Below, piece by piece: positions 38,285 to 48,162 of a DNA stretch of 64,000 nt. The notes under the pieces were generated by a model, which saw only the letters and a list, made by a program, of their open reading frames with translations, had not been told where the DNA came from and did no database searches. How positions within the stretch are numbered: the stretch's first letter is position 1; every line of letters begins with the position of its first letter. The DNA is from a virus (lineage: Duplodnaviria; Caudoviricetes). The stretch spans positions 1 to 64,000 of IMG/VR virus record IMGVR_UViG_2700989102_000001; one strand, 5' to 3'. The translations under genes and the position numbers were made by a program.

Positions 38285-39661
38285 ATGGCTAACCGAGTCG
38301 TTTACGGCAACTCATTCTCGTCGAATGGGTGGCCAATGGTCGACCAAGGTTCATGCACCTGGGTGAAAATTCCCGGAACGTCGGTGACGCTGCAGATCCA
38401 GAATGGCCAGCCGCTCGCCATCCTGCGGGCATTCGCCGCAGACTTCCACGCCTATGTTGAGCCACTGCGCGATGCCGATTCGGCCTGCTGGACGCCGACC
38501 AACTCAGTATCAACGTCCAACCACTTAAGTGGCACGGCAATGGACCTGAACTGGAATAGTCACCCTTTTCAGGTTCCGGATGCGGGGTTCGACGCCGCGA
38601 AGAAGGCCCGGGTCAGGGAACTCCTCGACTTCTACGAGGGAACCGTCTTCTGGGGCAATGACTGGACGTCGCCAAAAGACGCCATGCACTTCCAACTCGC
38701 AAGTCTTCGCAATGGCGGAAACATCAACACCTACGGCAATCCGTTCGTAGACGATTTCATCTCCCGCAAGATTCGGCCGGACGGGTTTTCGACGTTCCGC
38801 CGCGGAGATGCGCCGACCGTGGACGTCGCCAAGGTTCTGGCTGATGCCACGGGCCTCACCCCCGCGCGGGCGCGGGAGATCCTCCCGATGGTTACCGATG
38901 GCCTGCGAGCTGCGGAATGCATAAACGTCAACCGCATCGCTATGTGGCTGGCGCAGATCGGCCATGAATCAGCAGGATTCAATGCCACCGAGGAATACGA
39001 CCACGGCCGCAATCACGGCGACCCTAATGAGGTTACCGACCGGTGGAAGTACAAGGGTCGGACCTGGATACAGATCACCTGGCAATCCAACTACGCAGGA
39101 TTCTCTAAGTGGTGCCACGGGCGCGGGCTCGTTCCATCGCCAAGCTACTTCGTGGATCGCCCCCGCGAGCTAGCTGAGTTGAAATGGGCCGGATTAGGTC
39201 CAGCTTGGTACTGGACCGTCGCCAGGGCCGACATCAACGCACTCTCCGATAAGCGGGATCTCGACACCGTCACCCGCCGCATTAACGGCGGAACCAACGG
39301 CATTGCCGATCGTCGCAACCGCTATAACCGCGCACTCGCGCTGGGGGACCAACTTCTTTCACTCATCTCCGAAGGGGGAGACGACTTGACTCCTGAACAG
39401 GATCGAATGCTGCGCGAGGTTCACGCATGCCTCTTCAACCCGATCTCGTCGCAGTCTAAATACAAGGCCGAGGGCGAGGGCGCGCGCTGGCGCCTGCATG
39501 AACTCGTAAAGAACGACGACGCCATGATCCACGAAATGCTCGTGGAACGTCAGGCCATGATGGGCAACCCGGAGGCCCTGGCGCTCGTGAAGCGTGAAGC
39601 CGACAAGGGCGACAAATGGGCCCAGGTTGTATTTCGCTACTGCACTGAAGAAGACGCCTGA
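38285..39661 (+). CDS. lysA: Lysin A (M15-like Zn peptidase, GH19 glycoside hydrolase, C-terminal domain)
   Basis: SNHLSGTAMD...DAMH; AQIGHES, YKGRTWIQIT, INGGTNG. Confidence 0.93.
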   Translation: MANRVVYGNSFSSNGWPMVDQGSCTWVKIPGTSVTLQIQNGQPLAILRAFAADFHAYVEPLRDADSACWTPTNSVSTSNHLSGTAMDLNWNSHPFQVPDAGFDAAKKARVRELLDFYEGTVFWGNDWTSPKDAMHFQLASLRNGGNINTYGNPFVDDFISRKIRPDGFSTFRRGDAPTVDVAKVLADATGLTPARAREILPMVTDGLRAAECINVNRIAMWLAQIGHESAGFNATEEYDHGRNHGDPNEVTDRWKYKGRTWIQITWQSNYAGFSKWCHGRGLVPSPSYFVDRPRELAELKWAGLGPAWYWTVARADINALSDKRDLDTVTRRINGGTNGIADRRNRYNRALALGDQLLSLISEGGDDLTPEQDRMLREVHACLFNPISSQSKYKAEGEGARWRLHELVKNDDAMIHEMLVERQAMMGNPEALALVKREADKGDKWAQVVFRYCTEEDA

Positions 39662-40665
39662 TGCCGCTCCGTCTCGGCGATCGTAACGAAAGCGTTCGCC
39701 AATGGCGGATCAAGATGAACGCCTGGTTCGGGCCGCTCTACACCCGCCTCATCGGACCCCTGCCGATGGATACCGACGAATTCGGTCCCCGCGCAAAAGC
39801 GTGGCAGGAAGAGTATGAGCGACGCACCAACCAGGTGGTGGACGGCGAAGTAAGCGACAACGATCTCCGGGCACTGGGCGTACCCGTCCCGACCAAGGTC
39901 GTTATCTTCACCGTCGCCGGCACGGGGGCTCGTTGGGATCAGGGCTATCCGTTTGACCTCGGCCGCTGGCAGGACCAGTCGCGCGTCATCCTTCAGCCCA
40001 TTGGGTACCGGGCGGCAGTGTTCCCCATGGGTCCGTCGGTCAACGAGGGTGAGGTCGAACTCATCCGACAGATGCATATCCATCTCGACCGGGACCCGTC
40101 GCTCAACTTCATCCTGATTGGATACTCGCAGGGCGCCATTGTGACCTCGCGCGTTCTCCGACGGATGATGAGCGGAGACCTGGCGCACTACTACGACCGC
40201 TGCATCGCTGGCGTGACGTTCGGCAACCCCATGCGCGAGCGTGGGCACTTTGTCGGCAGCAATGACCCCGGCGGCCAAGGACTGGACCCGAAGCCGCTCG
40301 TCAACACCCCGACATGGTGGTACGACTATGCGGCCAAGGGCGACATCTACTCATCGGGCCCCGGCAATGACGATAAGCAGGCCGCGGAGCATATGACGGC
40401 GATTTACCAAGCCGTCATGGGGCATTTCATCATCGGAAACGACAGCCTAACTCAGCAGGTGATTGAGCTGTTCACGAACCCCTTCAAGGAAGCCCCCGCA
40501 GTCATCAAGGCTATCGCGTCGGGCATCGGGTTCGTTGCCAGCAATCCGCCAACGGCGCCGCACATAGAGTACCACCTGCGGGAATGCGTCCCCGGGGTTA
40601 CCTACTTCGATCATGCAATGGGCTATGTCCGCCAAGTTATCTCGGCGAACAAGCGCATCGCCTAA
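39661..40665 (+). CDS. lysB: Lysin B (cutinase-like mycolylarabinogalactan esterase)
   Basis: GYSQGA nucleophile elbow, FGNP, GDIY, HIEY. Confidence 0.93.
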   Translation: MPLRLGDRNESVRQWRIKMNAWFGPLYTRLIGPLPMDTDEFGPRAKAWQEEYERRTNQVVDGEVSDNDLRALGVPVPTKVVIFTVAGTGARWDQGYPFDLGRWQDQSRVILQPIGYRAAVFPMGPSVNEGEVELIRQMHIHLDRDPSLNFILIGYSQGAIVTSRVLRRMMSGDLAHYYDRCIAGVTFGNPMRERGHFVGSNDPGGQGLDPKPLVNTPTWWYDYAAKGDIYSSGPGNDDKQAAEHMTAIYQAVMGHFIIGNDSLTQQVIELFTNPFKEAPAVIKAIASGIGFVASNPPTAPHIEYHLRECVPGVTYFDHAMGYVRQVISANKRIA

Positions 40666-40677
40666 AAGGGGGATCAA

Positions 40678-40998
40678 TTGAATCTCGGAAAATACTGGAA
40701 AGCGTTCTGCGCTTTCCTGTCCCTGGTGGCCACCAACCTGGCCTACCGGGTGACCAGTGGCGAAGAGCCGCTGCCGGCCTTCGACGATTACAAGGGCTGG
40801 ATACTGTTCGCGGCCACCACCGCGGCGGGCACCTTCCTTACGTGGGCCAAGGGCAACAAGGGCTTCGTGGAGGCCGACAAGGTAGAGGCTCCAACTATCA
40901 ACTCTGAGTTGATAGTTGACGAGTCTGAGGCTGGCACCGAGCCGATCCCGGTCGCTGAACAGGCTGAGAAGCCCAAGCGTCGGAGGCCCGTGATCTAG
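40678..40998 (+). CDS. Holin
   Basis: Two transmembrane segments and charged C-terminus; follows lysB. Confidence 0.75.
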   Translation: MNLGKYWKAFCAFLSLVATNLAYRVTSGEEPLPAFDDYKGWILFAATTAAGTFLTWAKGNKGFVEADKVEAPTINSELIVDESEAGTEPIPVAEQAEKPKRRRPVI

Positions 40999-41384
40999 TG
41001 GACGCCCCGGCATACGAGCCCACCGGGTGGTTCGGAATACTGCCGTGGCTGTTGTACGCCGTGCCCTTCCTCGTTCCCACGCTATTCATCGCATGGGGGC
41101 AGTGGAAGGCGCGGCGCCACAACGCTAAGCAGGCCGCCACCACCGACGAGCTCAAGCAAACCATCGGAGCTATCCGTAACAACGTCCAGAACGGTCACAA
41201 GACCCTGATGCGCGACGACCTCGACGAACTCGTGGCCGGCATCAAAGAGTTGCAGGCCGGGCAGGCGACGCAAGGCGAAATGCTCAACCGCATGGATAGA
41301 CGCCTCGACCGTATCGCCGAGGACCTGTCCACAGAACGCCAGGAACGTATCGCTGGCGATAGGAGATCAGAAAACTGCAGGTAA
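40998..41384 (+). CDS. Membrane-anchored coiled-coil protein of the lysis cassette
   Basis: One TM; VQNGH...MRDDLD...ERQERIAGD. Confidence 0.75.
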   Translation: MDAPAYEPTGWFGILPWLLYAVPFLVPTLFIAWGQWKARRHNAKQAATTDELKQTIGAIRNNVQNGHKTLMRDDLDELVAGIKELQAGQATQGEMLNRMDRRLDRIAEDLSTERQERIAGDRRSENCR

Positions 41385-41626
41385 CGGTGTATTCCCCGCC
41401 AACCCCCTGTGTCATGTGCAGGACCACCAAGGCCCGCCTGGACAAGTTTGGAATACCTTACGAGTCCGTGGTGACCGACGAGGAAACCGCCAATCGATTT
41501 CGGAATGAAGGCCGATCCTCATACCCCGTGGTCGTCGTTGAACGCGACGGCCAGGAACCGTGGGTGTGGTCGGGCTTCCGCGACACCGAGATCAAGAAGC
41601 TTGCCGACGAGCTGGCAAGTAAATAA
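41375..41626 (+). CDS. nrdH: NrdH-like glutaredoxin (start CTG 41375 or GTG 41387)
   Basis: CVMC, YPVVVV, WSGFR motifs. Confidence 0.85.
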   Translation: MQVTVYSPPTPCVMCRTTKARLDKFGIPYESVVTDEETANRFRNEGRSSYPVVVVERDGQEPWVWSGFRDTEIKKLADELASK

Positions 41627-41642
41627 ACAGCTCCCCATAGAC

Positions 41643-41740
41643 GAGGCCCGCGCTCCCCAGGACGTTCCCCCCTGGGTTTGAGCGCGGGCCTCTTTGCCTT
41701 TTGACGCCCCGTTAGCTTCGGCTAGCGGGGCGTCTTTTTT
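41643..41740 (+). terminator. Tandem terminators ending the rightward operon
   Basis: GAGGCCCGCGCTC stem; GACGCCCCGTTAGC-TTCG-GCTAGCGGGGCGTC-TTTTTT. Confidence 0.85.
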
Positions 41741-41794
41741 GTTTTCGCCCCCACTAATGCGCGGGGGCTGTGTGGGAAACACTATCGCCGGGAA

Positions 41795-41983
41795 CTAGGA
41801 GCGGTAGGCGGCAGCCCATCTTGAGCAGAGGATTCGTTCGGCGACCTCGTCTGCATCATCGAGAGATAAGCCTGCGCGCCGAGCAGCCCAAAGGACATGA
41901 ACGAGGGCCGTGTGGTCGCCTTCCCATGGTTCGAACGGTCCCGATACACCTTTCGTGAGTGTGTCGACGTCTGCGTTCTTCAT
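41795..41983 (-). CDS. Hypothetical protein
   Basis: Coupled (TGATG) to upstream ORF 41983..42147. Confidence 0.55.
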   Translation of the reverse strand: MKNADVDTLTKGVSGPFEPWEGDHTALVHVLWAARRAGLSLDDADEVAERILCSRWAAAYRS

Positions 41984-42147
41984 CAGGCACCTTCGACGGG
42001 GAGCAGTTCCGTGGTGGGGACGACGCCAGTAACCCCATGCGGGTTCCATGCCACTAGAGCGCTGAGTCCCGTGGTGGCTTTAACTGTTCCTGTGCGTCCG
42101 TCTGTGTGGCGGACAAGGTCACCAGGACGGAAAGATATGTTCTTCAT
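41983..42147 (-). CDS. Small SH3-like protein (54 aa, not in ORF track)
   Basis: MKNISFRPGDLVRHTDGRTGTV...; GGAG RBS. Confidence 0.55.
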   Translation of the reverse strand: MKNISFRPGDLVRHTDGRTGTVKATTGLSALVAWNPHGVTGVVPTTELLPVEGA

Positions 42148-42205
42148 GGGTTACTCCGGTTTAGTGTGTGGCTTCATAAAGAAGAAATGAAGGCCAGATC
42201 CCAAC

Positions 42206-42472
42206 TTATTTCCCTCCCGTGGCGCTCGGGCTGGGCCAGTTGACAAACTGCTCGAGGAGATCGTAGTGACTCACCACTTCACCCTGCTTGCCGAGGTAGA
42301 TGATCCCCGTCCAGCGCGCCTTCCAGTTCTCGCCGTAGTCAACCGCCACGGGGAGGAAGTCCTCGCCGCTCTGGCGAAGATAGTCGTTCGCCTCTGCGCG
42401 GTCTTCCGTGGTAAACAGAACTTCGTCATAGCCCTTGCTGTAGACCGTGATGATCACGCTTGCGGTCATCAT
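42206..42472 (-). CDS. Hypothetical protein
   Basis: Overlapping start/stop in the leftward operon. Confidence 0.65.
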   Translation of the reverse strand: MMTASVIITVYSKGYDEVLFTTEDRAEANDYLRQSGEDFLPVAVDYGENWKARWTGIIYLGKQGEVVSHYDLLEQFVNWPSPSATGGK

Positions 42473-42621
42473 TCATCACCCCCGAGGAGTTCGCGCTCCC
42501 ATTCGGCCGTCTCGAAGTGGTAGATGTTCTCTAGGCAGCCGTACCCGTCCGGGTCGCCGGGCTCGCGCTCTCGGCGATCGCCGCCGCAGTGGCTACAGAA
42601 GGGCCCGTACTCGTAGGTCAT
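42469..42621 (-). CDS. Small Cys-motif protein (paralog of 43692..43871)
   Basis: PFCSHCGGDR..REP.D.DGYGCLENIYH shared. Confidence 0.65.
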   Translation of the reverse strand: MTYEYGPFCSHCGGDRREREPGDPDGYGCLENIYHFETAEWERELLGGDE

Positions 42622-43034
42622 TCCACCACCTGCACAACCCGGGCGCTCAACTGCCCATCGGGGGTGCTGCAATACTCCCAGTCGCCGAGTTGGCTCCACT
42701 TGTCGCCGACCATGTCGAAGTTGCCGACCTTGCCGTCGTCGCACCCCAGAACTTCGTACACCACGGTGAAGCGCATGGTTTCCGGGAGGATCGGCCCGTT
42801 GTACCGGGGGTCGATTTTGAATCGGACATTGCATCCGGCCGAGCCGTAGCACTGCCGTTCGATGACGTTGACGCCGACCTGGAAATCCCCAGGCACGGGG
42901 AGACTAGCCTCCTCAACAACGACTGCGGGAGTAGTGGTCGCGGGGGAGCCCGCGGCGATCGGTTTACCGTCGACCGGGACGCACGCCACGCCGAAGAGTG
43001 CGGTCGTTGCGATTACTGTTGCGATGCGTAGCAT
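42618..43034 (-). CDS. Putative lipoprotein
   Basis: Signal peptide with GVAC lipobox; CYGSAGC. Confidence 0.7.
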   Translation of the reverse strand: MLRIATVIATTALFGVACVPVDGKPIAAGSPATTTPAVVVEEASLPVPGDFQVGVNVIERQCYGSAGCNVRFKIDPRYNGPILPETMRFTVVYEVLGCDDGKVGNFDMVGDKWSQLGDWEYCSTPDGQLSARVVQVVE

Positions 43035-43257
43035 GGTGCTTGCCTTTCATTGAGGGCGTGGGCGGGCGGTTCTTGACGGGGCGGCCCGCCCACTTACAGG
43101 TACATCCCCAAGAGGGGTTCTGGTTCCTTGATGGGCTCAAGGTGCTCGTCGAGGTATTCGGCGGTCAGTCGATTGGTGACAACGGCGCTGGCGACCAGAA
43201 CCCGCCGGGCGAACTGCCGAGTCACGGGAAATGTCAGACGATGGGCGATATCCATGA

Positions 43258-43608
43258 CTACCCCGCGTGTGAGAACTGCGGATGGGCCTCTTCGAAGGCG
43301 TTGACAATATCCCGGGGGATGCGCCCGCGGTCGGACACCTTCTTGCCGCTGCGCCGCGCCCAGTCCCGGATGGCGGACAGCTGGTCGGCCTTGTCGGTGG
43401 GCGACACCTTGGCCTTGGGCTTGGGAGCGGCCTTCTTGCTGCCGTGGACCTTGCGGGCGGATTCGATGAAGCCGGCGAGGGCCTTTTCCAGCTCCTCGTA
43501 GGTGGAGTCGACGAGGTCGATCTCGTAGGCCTCGCCCTCGATGGAGAATCGGCGCGTCTTTGCGCCCTCGTCTCCCGTGATGTCATCCACTAGCACCGTC
43601 TTGATCAT
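43258..43608 (-). CDS. lsr2: Lsr2-like DNA-binding protein
   Basis: LVDDITG, YEIDL, IRDWAR...VSDRGRIP. Confidence 0.93.
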   Translation of the reverse strand: MIKTVLVDDITGDEGAKTRRFSIEGEAYEIDLVDSTYEELEKALAGFIESARKVHGSKKAAPKPKAKVSPTDKADQLSAIRDWARRSGKKVSDRGRIPRDIVNAFEEAHPQFSHAG

Positions 43609-43643
43609 GTCATCTCCTTCGGATAACGGATTGGTTATCTAGA

Positions 43644-43672
43644 AAGATATAGACCTATCGAGAAGGCGTCAA
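43644..43672 (-). promoter_or_regulatory. SigA-type promoter for lsr2
   Basis: TTGACG-17-TATCTT on the minus strand; AAGGAG RBS downstream. Confidence 0.75.
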
Positions 43673-43691
43673 CCTAAATCTTGCTGAGAGA

Positions 43692-43871
43692 TTAATCCTC
43701 ACCCCGATGATCGGCCATACAGTCCTCGGGGCAATTCTCGTCGCATCCGCAGCCGAGGGCGTCTTCGGAGTGATAGATGTTCTCTAAGCATCCATATCCG
43801 TCGAGGTCGGCGGGCTCGCGCCTGCCCCGATCTCCGCCGCAGTGACTGCAGAAGGGGGAGTATTCAATCAC
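43692..43871 (-). CDS. Small Cys-rich protein (59 aa, paralog of 42469..42621)
   Basis: Manual translation (M)IEYSPFCSHCGGDRGRREPADLDGYGCLENIYH... Confidence 0.65.
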   Translation of the reverse strand: MIEYSPFCSHCGGDRGRREPADLDGYGCLENIYHSEDALGCGCDENCPEDCMADHRGED

Positions 43872-46800
43872 TTCTCCGCCGCCTCGCTATCGTGATATTC
43901 CTTGACCTCCGCCATGGACATCTGCTTCAGGCAACCGCAGGTCCACACGCCGTCCATAACCTCCCAGTCGAAGCCTCCGCAGCGAGAGCATGTGACATTC
44001 CGGGTCCAGCTCACCGGCGCTTCTCTTCCCAGACGATATTGCCCTCGGCGTCTTCCACGGCGTCGGGTTCCCATTCGCCGGCGAGATCGAAGTCTCTGGC
44101 GCACTGGTGACATAGCGAGCCCGGAAGCTCGTCCCATGCCCTGTCGATAGCCTCGCTGTAATCCTCGGCCTCAACCCGCTTCACCACGGTGCCGACGGCT
44201 TGCGCAAACCAGACGGTGTATTCGTTCATTGCTTTCCTTTACGTTCCGGTGCGGCCTTCTGGCTCATCCCAGCGGCCTCACTTTCGCGCTCTTCACCGCC
44301 ACCGTCTGATACGGAGACATCCGGGAAGTAATGGCGCCGTAGTCCGCCTCGGGGTCCACTTTGATCGTGCAGAACACCCAGCCGCGCTCAACTTTCTCGA
44401 CGTGGCCCCGGTGTTCTAGGCCTTCAAATTCGACGATGACGTCATCGCCAGGCTTGGGGGTCACGCCTTCTCCAAAAGTCGGGTGAGATCGGCGCGCACC
44501 GACCGGTAAGCATCGTCCAGCGCGCTGATCGCGTTGGTGACGGTTGTGTAGGTGATGTCGGGTATCTCGACGGACACATGCGGGCCATAACCCGCCCCGT
44601 AGAACTCGTGCTTGTTGAATACGTGCCTGTTCACAGTTCTTGCTCCCGCCAGTTAGGGTTGGCCGCCTCTACCGCGGCCGAGAAGTCTGCCAATTCGCCC
44701 CGCATCCACTCTGCGATCTCGCCATCGCGGCTGTAGTGCTTGAAGCGCTTGCCCGGGCGGGTGGCGGCCATCCAGCACGTCTTATCGGAGAACAGGTCCA
44801 GGTGGACCGAGCGGTCGCCGCCGCGCCAATAGAACGTCAGGTCCCCGTTGTCCGGCGCAATCGAGGCGTACACAGTATCCGGGGTGAAAAGCTGCTCCAC
44901 CACCTTGTAGCCCCACTGAGCCGTGTGCAGGCCGATGTGCCCGCCACTCCAGAGGTTGGCGATATCCAACTTGGCCCGCTCGGTAGCGGAGCGTGTATCA
45001 AGCTTCATGATTCCCCCGGCTCGAGGATCAGATGGGCCACCCCGGCGTCCGAGCGGTCGGGGATGTAGATGGACATCTCGGTCACGTAATAGACGGGCTC
45101 TTTTGAGCCCGGCCTGGCCGACACGTGCCACCCGCTATGGCCTTCGCGGCCGACGCAGAACACCTTCCCAACGCGATCATTGGACTCGAATCCGCAGTGC
45201 TGGAGGTCGGCGACGCGCGGGCGCCCCTCCTTTAGGCGATGCTTCATTCGACTACCCTCCAGCCGTCGATGTAGGGAGCCTTCAGCCGGGCGACATTGTC
45301 CTCGCCGTTGACCCCCACTGACCTCGGCAGCTTGACCACCGCGTAGCGCTCGGCATCTAGATCGGCCAGGATCACGTCAGCCGCGGCGCGGCGCACCTCA
45401 TCACTCCACCCGGCGAGAAGTCCAAGGTTGCGCAGTGTGCGGGCAATACTTTCGGACGCCCCGACATCAATGAAGTCTGGGCGAGGATTGGAGCGCAGCA
45501 TATCCTCGATCCATTCGCCTAACTCACTCATCACTCACCACGTATCCACGTTTGAAGAAGGCCGTCCGGACAATCTGCTCGGCAAGGTGAATCCCATGGG
45601 CCCGGCTGGAGTGGTTTCGAGAAACCTCGAAGGTGCCGGCGTCACATGTGGACTCGGCCTTGTCCATCTCGGCATTCCAGAGTTTGTCGAGTTCGGTCAT
45701 GATCTCTTTGAGAATGTCGTTCACTTCAACTCCTTGATCTGGCCCCGCCACTCGCACGCGGTAAACCATTCCTGAAGGCTGTCGACAAACTCTTCCGCCT
45801 CTTCTTGCCCCATGAGATGGAATTCGGCGGTGACGGAAACGGTGCGCCCACTGAGAAGTGATCTGCCCTCGGGGCCCAATTCCCGGAGGTGACACCAGGT
45901 GAGGTACCACTCGCGGAGATGGTTGAAGATGTTCATGAATTCTCTTTCCCGCAGGTGTGAGGATAGGGCGGCGCGCCGCTCCAACCCTCTGGATTGGGTT
46001 CAGACTGCACAACCGACCCGACATCGCTGGGCAGATCGTCGGTGTTGACCTCTACCCACCACAGTCCAGGCTGCCCAGGTATGGCCTCGCGCCGGACAAG
46101 GATGCCGCCGCTATGCGACTGGAACTGGAGTGCATCCTCTAGGCTGTCGTGCTCCTGAATCCACTCGCCCCCTCCGGGACGCGGTTGCTTCAGTGCGTAG
46201 ACGCTCATTTGTGGTGTCCTTTGCAGTCGGTGGAATGCTCGGCACGGGGCTGGAAACACGCCGGACAAACAGGGCTCTCAACGAGGAAACGACCCTGGGC
46301 GGCGAGAATCACGGACAGGGTCATTGGTTCTGCACCGCCTGCGCGCCTGCCCTGATTCCGTTCAGATACGTCCATGCCGAGTCATACGAGTGCGGCCCAG
46401 ACGCTGACGAAGTAGCGCCATAGCGCAAATGGACCGAGTAACACCCCGTCTGCTGGACCCCGCCGATCGAGTAGTTCGCTTCATGCACCGTCACGGAAAG
46501 TCCTGTCTGATCCCGGATAAGGGCGGCACTCCACCGCAGCTTCACCAGATCAGGCCATGTCTGGTCGAATTCCGGTTCCGGGGTGTGTCCGTGCTCTGTT
46601 CGGATCATGCGGGCGTTTTCGACTTCTTCGAAGCTCATTGCTGGTCCCTTTCGGCTAGGTCGCGAGCTTGCTGCTCAGCGGACGGGAAATCCCTCACTGC
46701 ACAGCCTCCAGTCGATCCGCAGCCAATCGCAGCCAAGCAACGGCGCTGTCGCGGTACTCCCGCCAGTCCTCCCTGCCACGTCCGACTTCACGCCACATGC

Positions 46801-46872
46801 GAAGAGCAACTAACGCCGCGCGATACACGTCATCGCTGGCAAGCACCTCGGTCGATTCGATGGGTTGTTCAG
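43868..46872 (-). other. Leftward array of about 12 small, tightly coupled hypothetical genes (e.g. 44011-44229, 44264-44464, 44461-44634, 44631-45008, 45005-45247, 45244-45534, 45524-45724, 45721-45936, 45933-46208, 46321-46638, 46694-46876)
   Basis: Consecutive 1-4 nt overlaps and RBSs; no recognisable domains. Confidence 0.6.
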
Positions 46873-47312
46873 GCATGGTTGTCTTCCCCCTCGGCCAGAA
46901 CAGCAGCAACGGGCACCTGATGGGGCTCGATACTGCCGTCGTCACGGACGTAGCGGTTGGTCCCGCACGCAGGGCATTTGGCGACCTCGCCGTCGCGGCT
47001 TAGAGTGCCGGGCTTGAACGGTTTCCCCGATCCCGCGCAGTCCTGCATCGTCACAGCCTCGGTGGGTTCGGGTAGTTGGATTACCGCCACACCCGGAAGA
47101 GACAGGATGACCTCGGCTAGGTGGTCCGCCGCGATCTCTTCGCCCAACACGACCCGATTAATCCCTTTGATCGGGAACGTGTTGCTCTTAAAGTCGCACC
47201 CGTGGCACTGCCACCACTGGATAGATTCCTCGTCCCATCCGGAACGTGAGCACTGGTAAACCTGATGCGCTTTGAGTGCTTCTGTGAGTACGTCACGTAA
47301 CTCGTGGGTCAT
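46869..47312 (-). CDS. Modular small protein (ELRDVLTEAL / LPGVAVIQLP / AEGE family) with Zn ribbons
   Basis: AGGAG RBS; DNA boxes identical to 51276..51677. Confidence 0.75.
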   Translation of the reverse strand: MTHELRDVLTEALKAHQVYQCSRSGWDEESIQWWQCHGCDFKSNTFPIKGINRVVLGEEIAADHLAEVILSLPGVAVIQLPEPTEAVTMQDCAGSGKPFKPGTLSRDGEVAKCPACGTNRYVRDDGSIEPHQVPVAAVLAEGEDNHA

Positions 47313-47536
47313 CGACCGCTCCTATGAATCTCCGCCGCCCGCGCTTTTGCAGCATTCAGCGTTGGCCAGTCCCCGCTCCACGGCTCCTCGGCGTCGGAGT
47401 CGTACAACTCCCAACGGTTCGATGTCGCGTTCTTTGGGTGAAGAATTTTCCACCGGCCATCATCGCTTTCGTAATTGAGATACGGCAGCCTTGAGGGTTC
47501 ACGTCGCCAGATAATCGGCATTTTCGGGTCTCTCAC
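47309..47536 (-). CDS. Hypothetical protein
   Basis: 4-nt overlaps on both sides. Confidence 0.65.
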   Translation of the reverse strand: MRDPKMPIIWRREPSRLPYLNYESDDGRWKILHPKNATSNRWELYDSDAEEPWSGDWPTLNAAKARAAEIHRSGR

Positions 47537-47871
47537 CGTTCCCCCTCGGCTACAACCGCAGCAGCGAGAAGAGCGGCGGCGAGTTCACGCGCCTCCCCGG
47601 GACTCATCGGCTCCTCCGGTTCGAGGTCGTAATCGAAATGAACCTCGCCGGGGTAGTCGTCCCACACGAGGACGCGGTGGAGCGCCACGCTGGGCCAGCC
47701 GACTGCGACCTCGTCCTCTTCGCGCTCTTCGGGTTCGGGTAGTTCTACTAGAGCGATACGGTTAGCCTCGAATGCCGCGAGGATGTTGCGCGCCTCGTCG
47801 TAGTCAAGCGCGGTGACATCTTCGTCATCCGCCAAGGCTTTGGCGATGGTGCCAAGAATTCGGTCACTCAT
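47533..47871 (-). CDS. Modular small protein (ANRIALVELPEP / AAAVVAEGE family)
   Basis: AGGAGG RBS; motifs shared with the 51276 and 51674 genes. Confidence 0.75.
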   Translation of the reverse strand: MSDRILGTIAKALADDEDVTALDYDEARNILAAFEANRIALVELPEPEEREEDEVAVGWPSVALHRVLVWDDYPGEVHFDYDLEPEEPMSPGEARELAAALLAAAVVAEGER

Positions 47872-48068
47872 CACGCCTCCTGAAATTGCTTCTTGAGCCA
47901 TTCCCTGGCTTCTTCACGCTGGACCATCACCCGCCGGCCGATCCGGGCGTAGCGCGGCCCGTACCCCACCTGCTTCCAGTACCGCACTGTGGCCAGGGGC
48001 ACTTGGGCCTCGCGGGCGAAGTCTTCGAGCGTCATCAACAACGGCTCGCTTGAACTGCTCTGCTCCAT
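47871..48068 (-). CDS. xis: Excisionase / recombination directionality factor (HTH)
   Basis: LMTLEDFA...ATVRYW...GP..RIGRRV; divergent from int; leaderless TACAGT -10. Confidence 0.8.
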   Translation of the reverse strand: MEQSSSSEPLLMTLEDFAREAQVPLATVRYWKQVGYGPRYARIGRRVMVQREEAREWLKKQFQEA

Positions 48069-48162
48069 ACGCAACACTGTACTGCATTGAACTATAGCAT
48101 GGAACACACTGCAGTGATGAGATCCTGCAACAAAATGAGTTTTCATGCATACGCTGTCCGGT

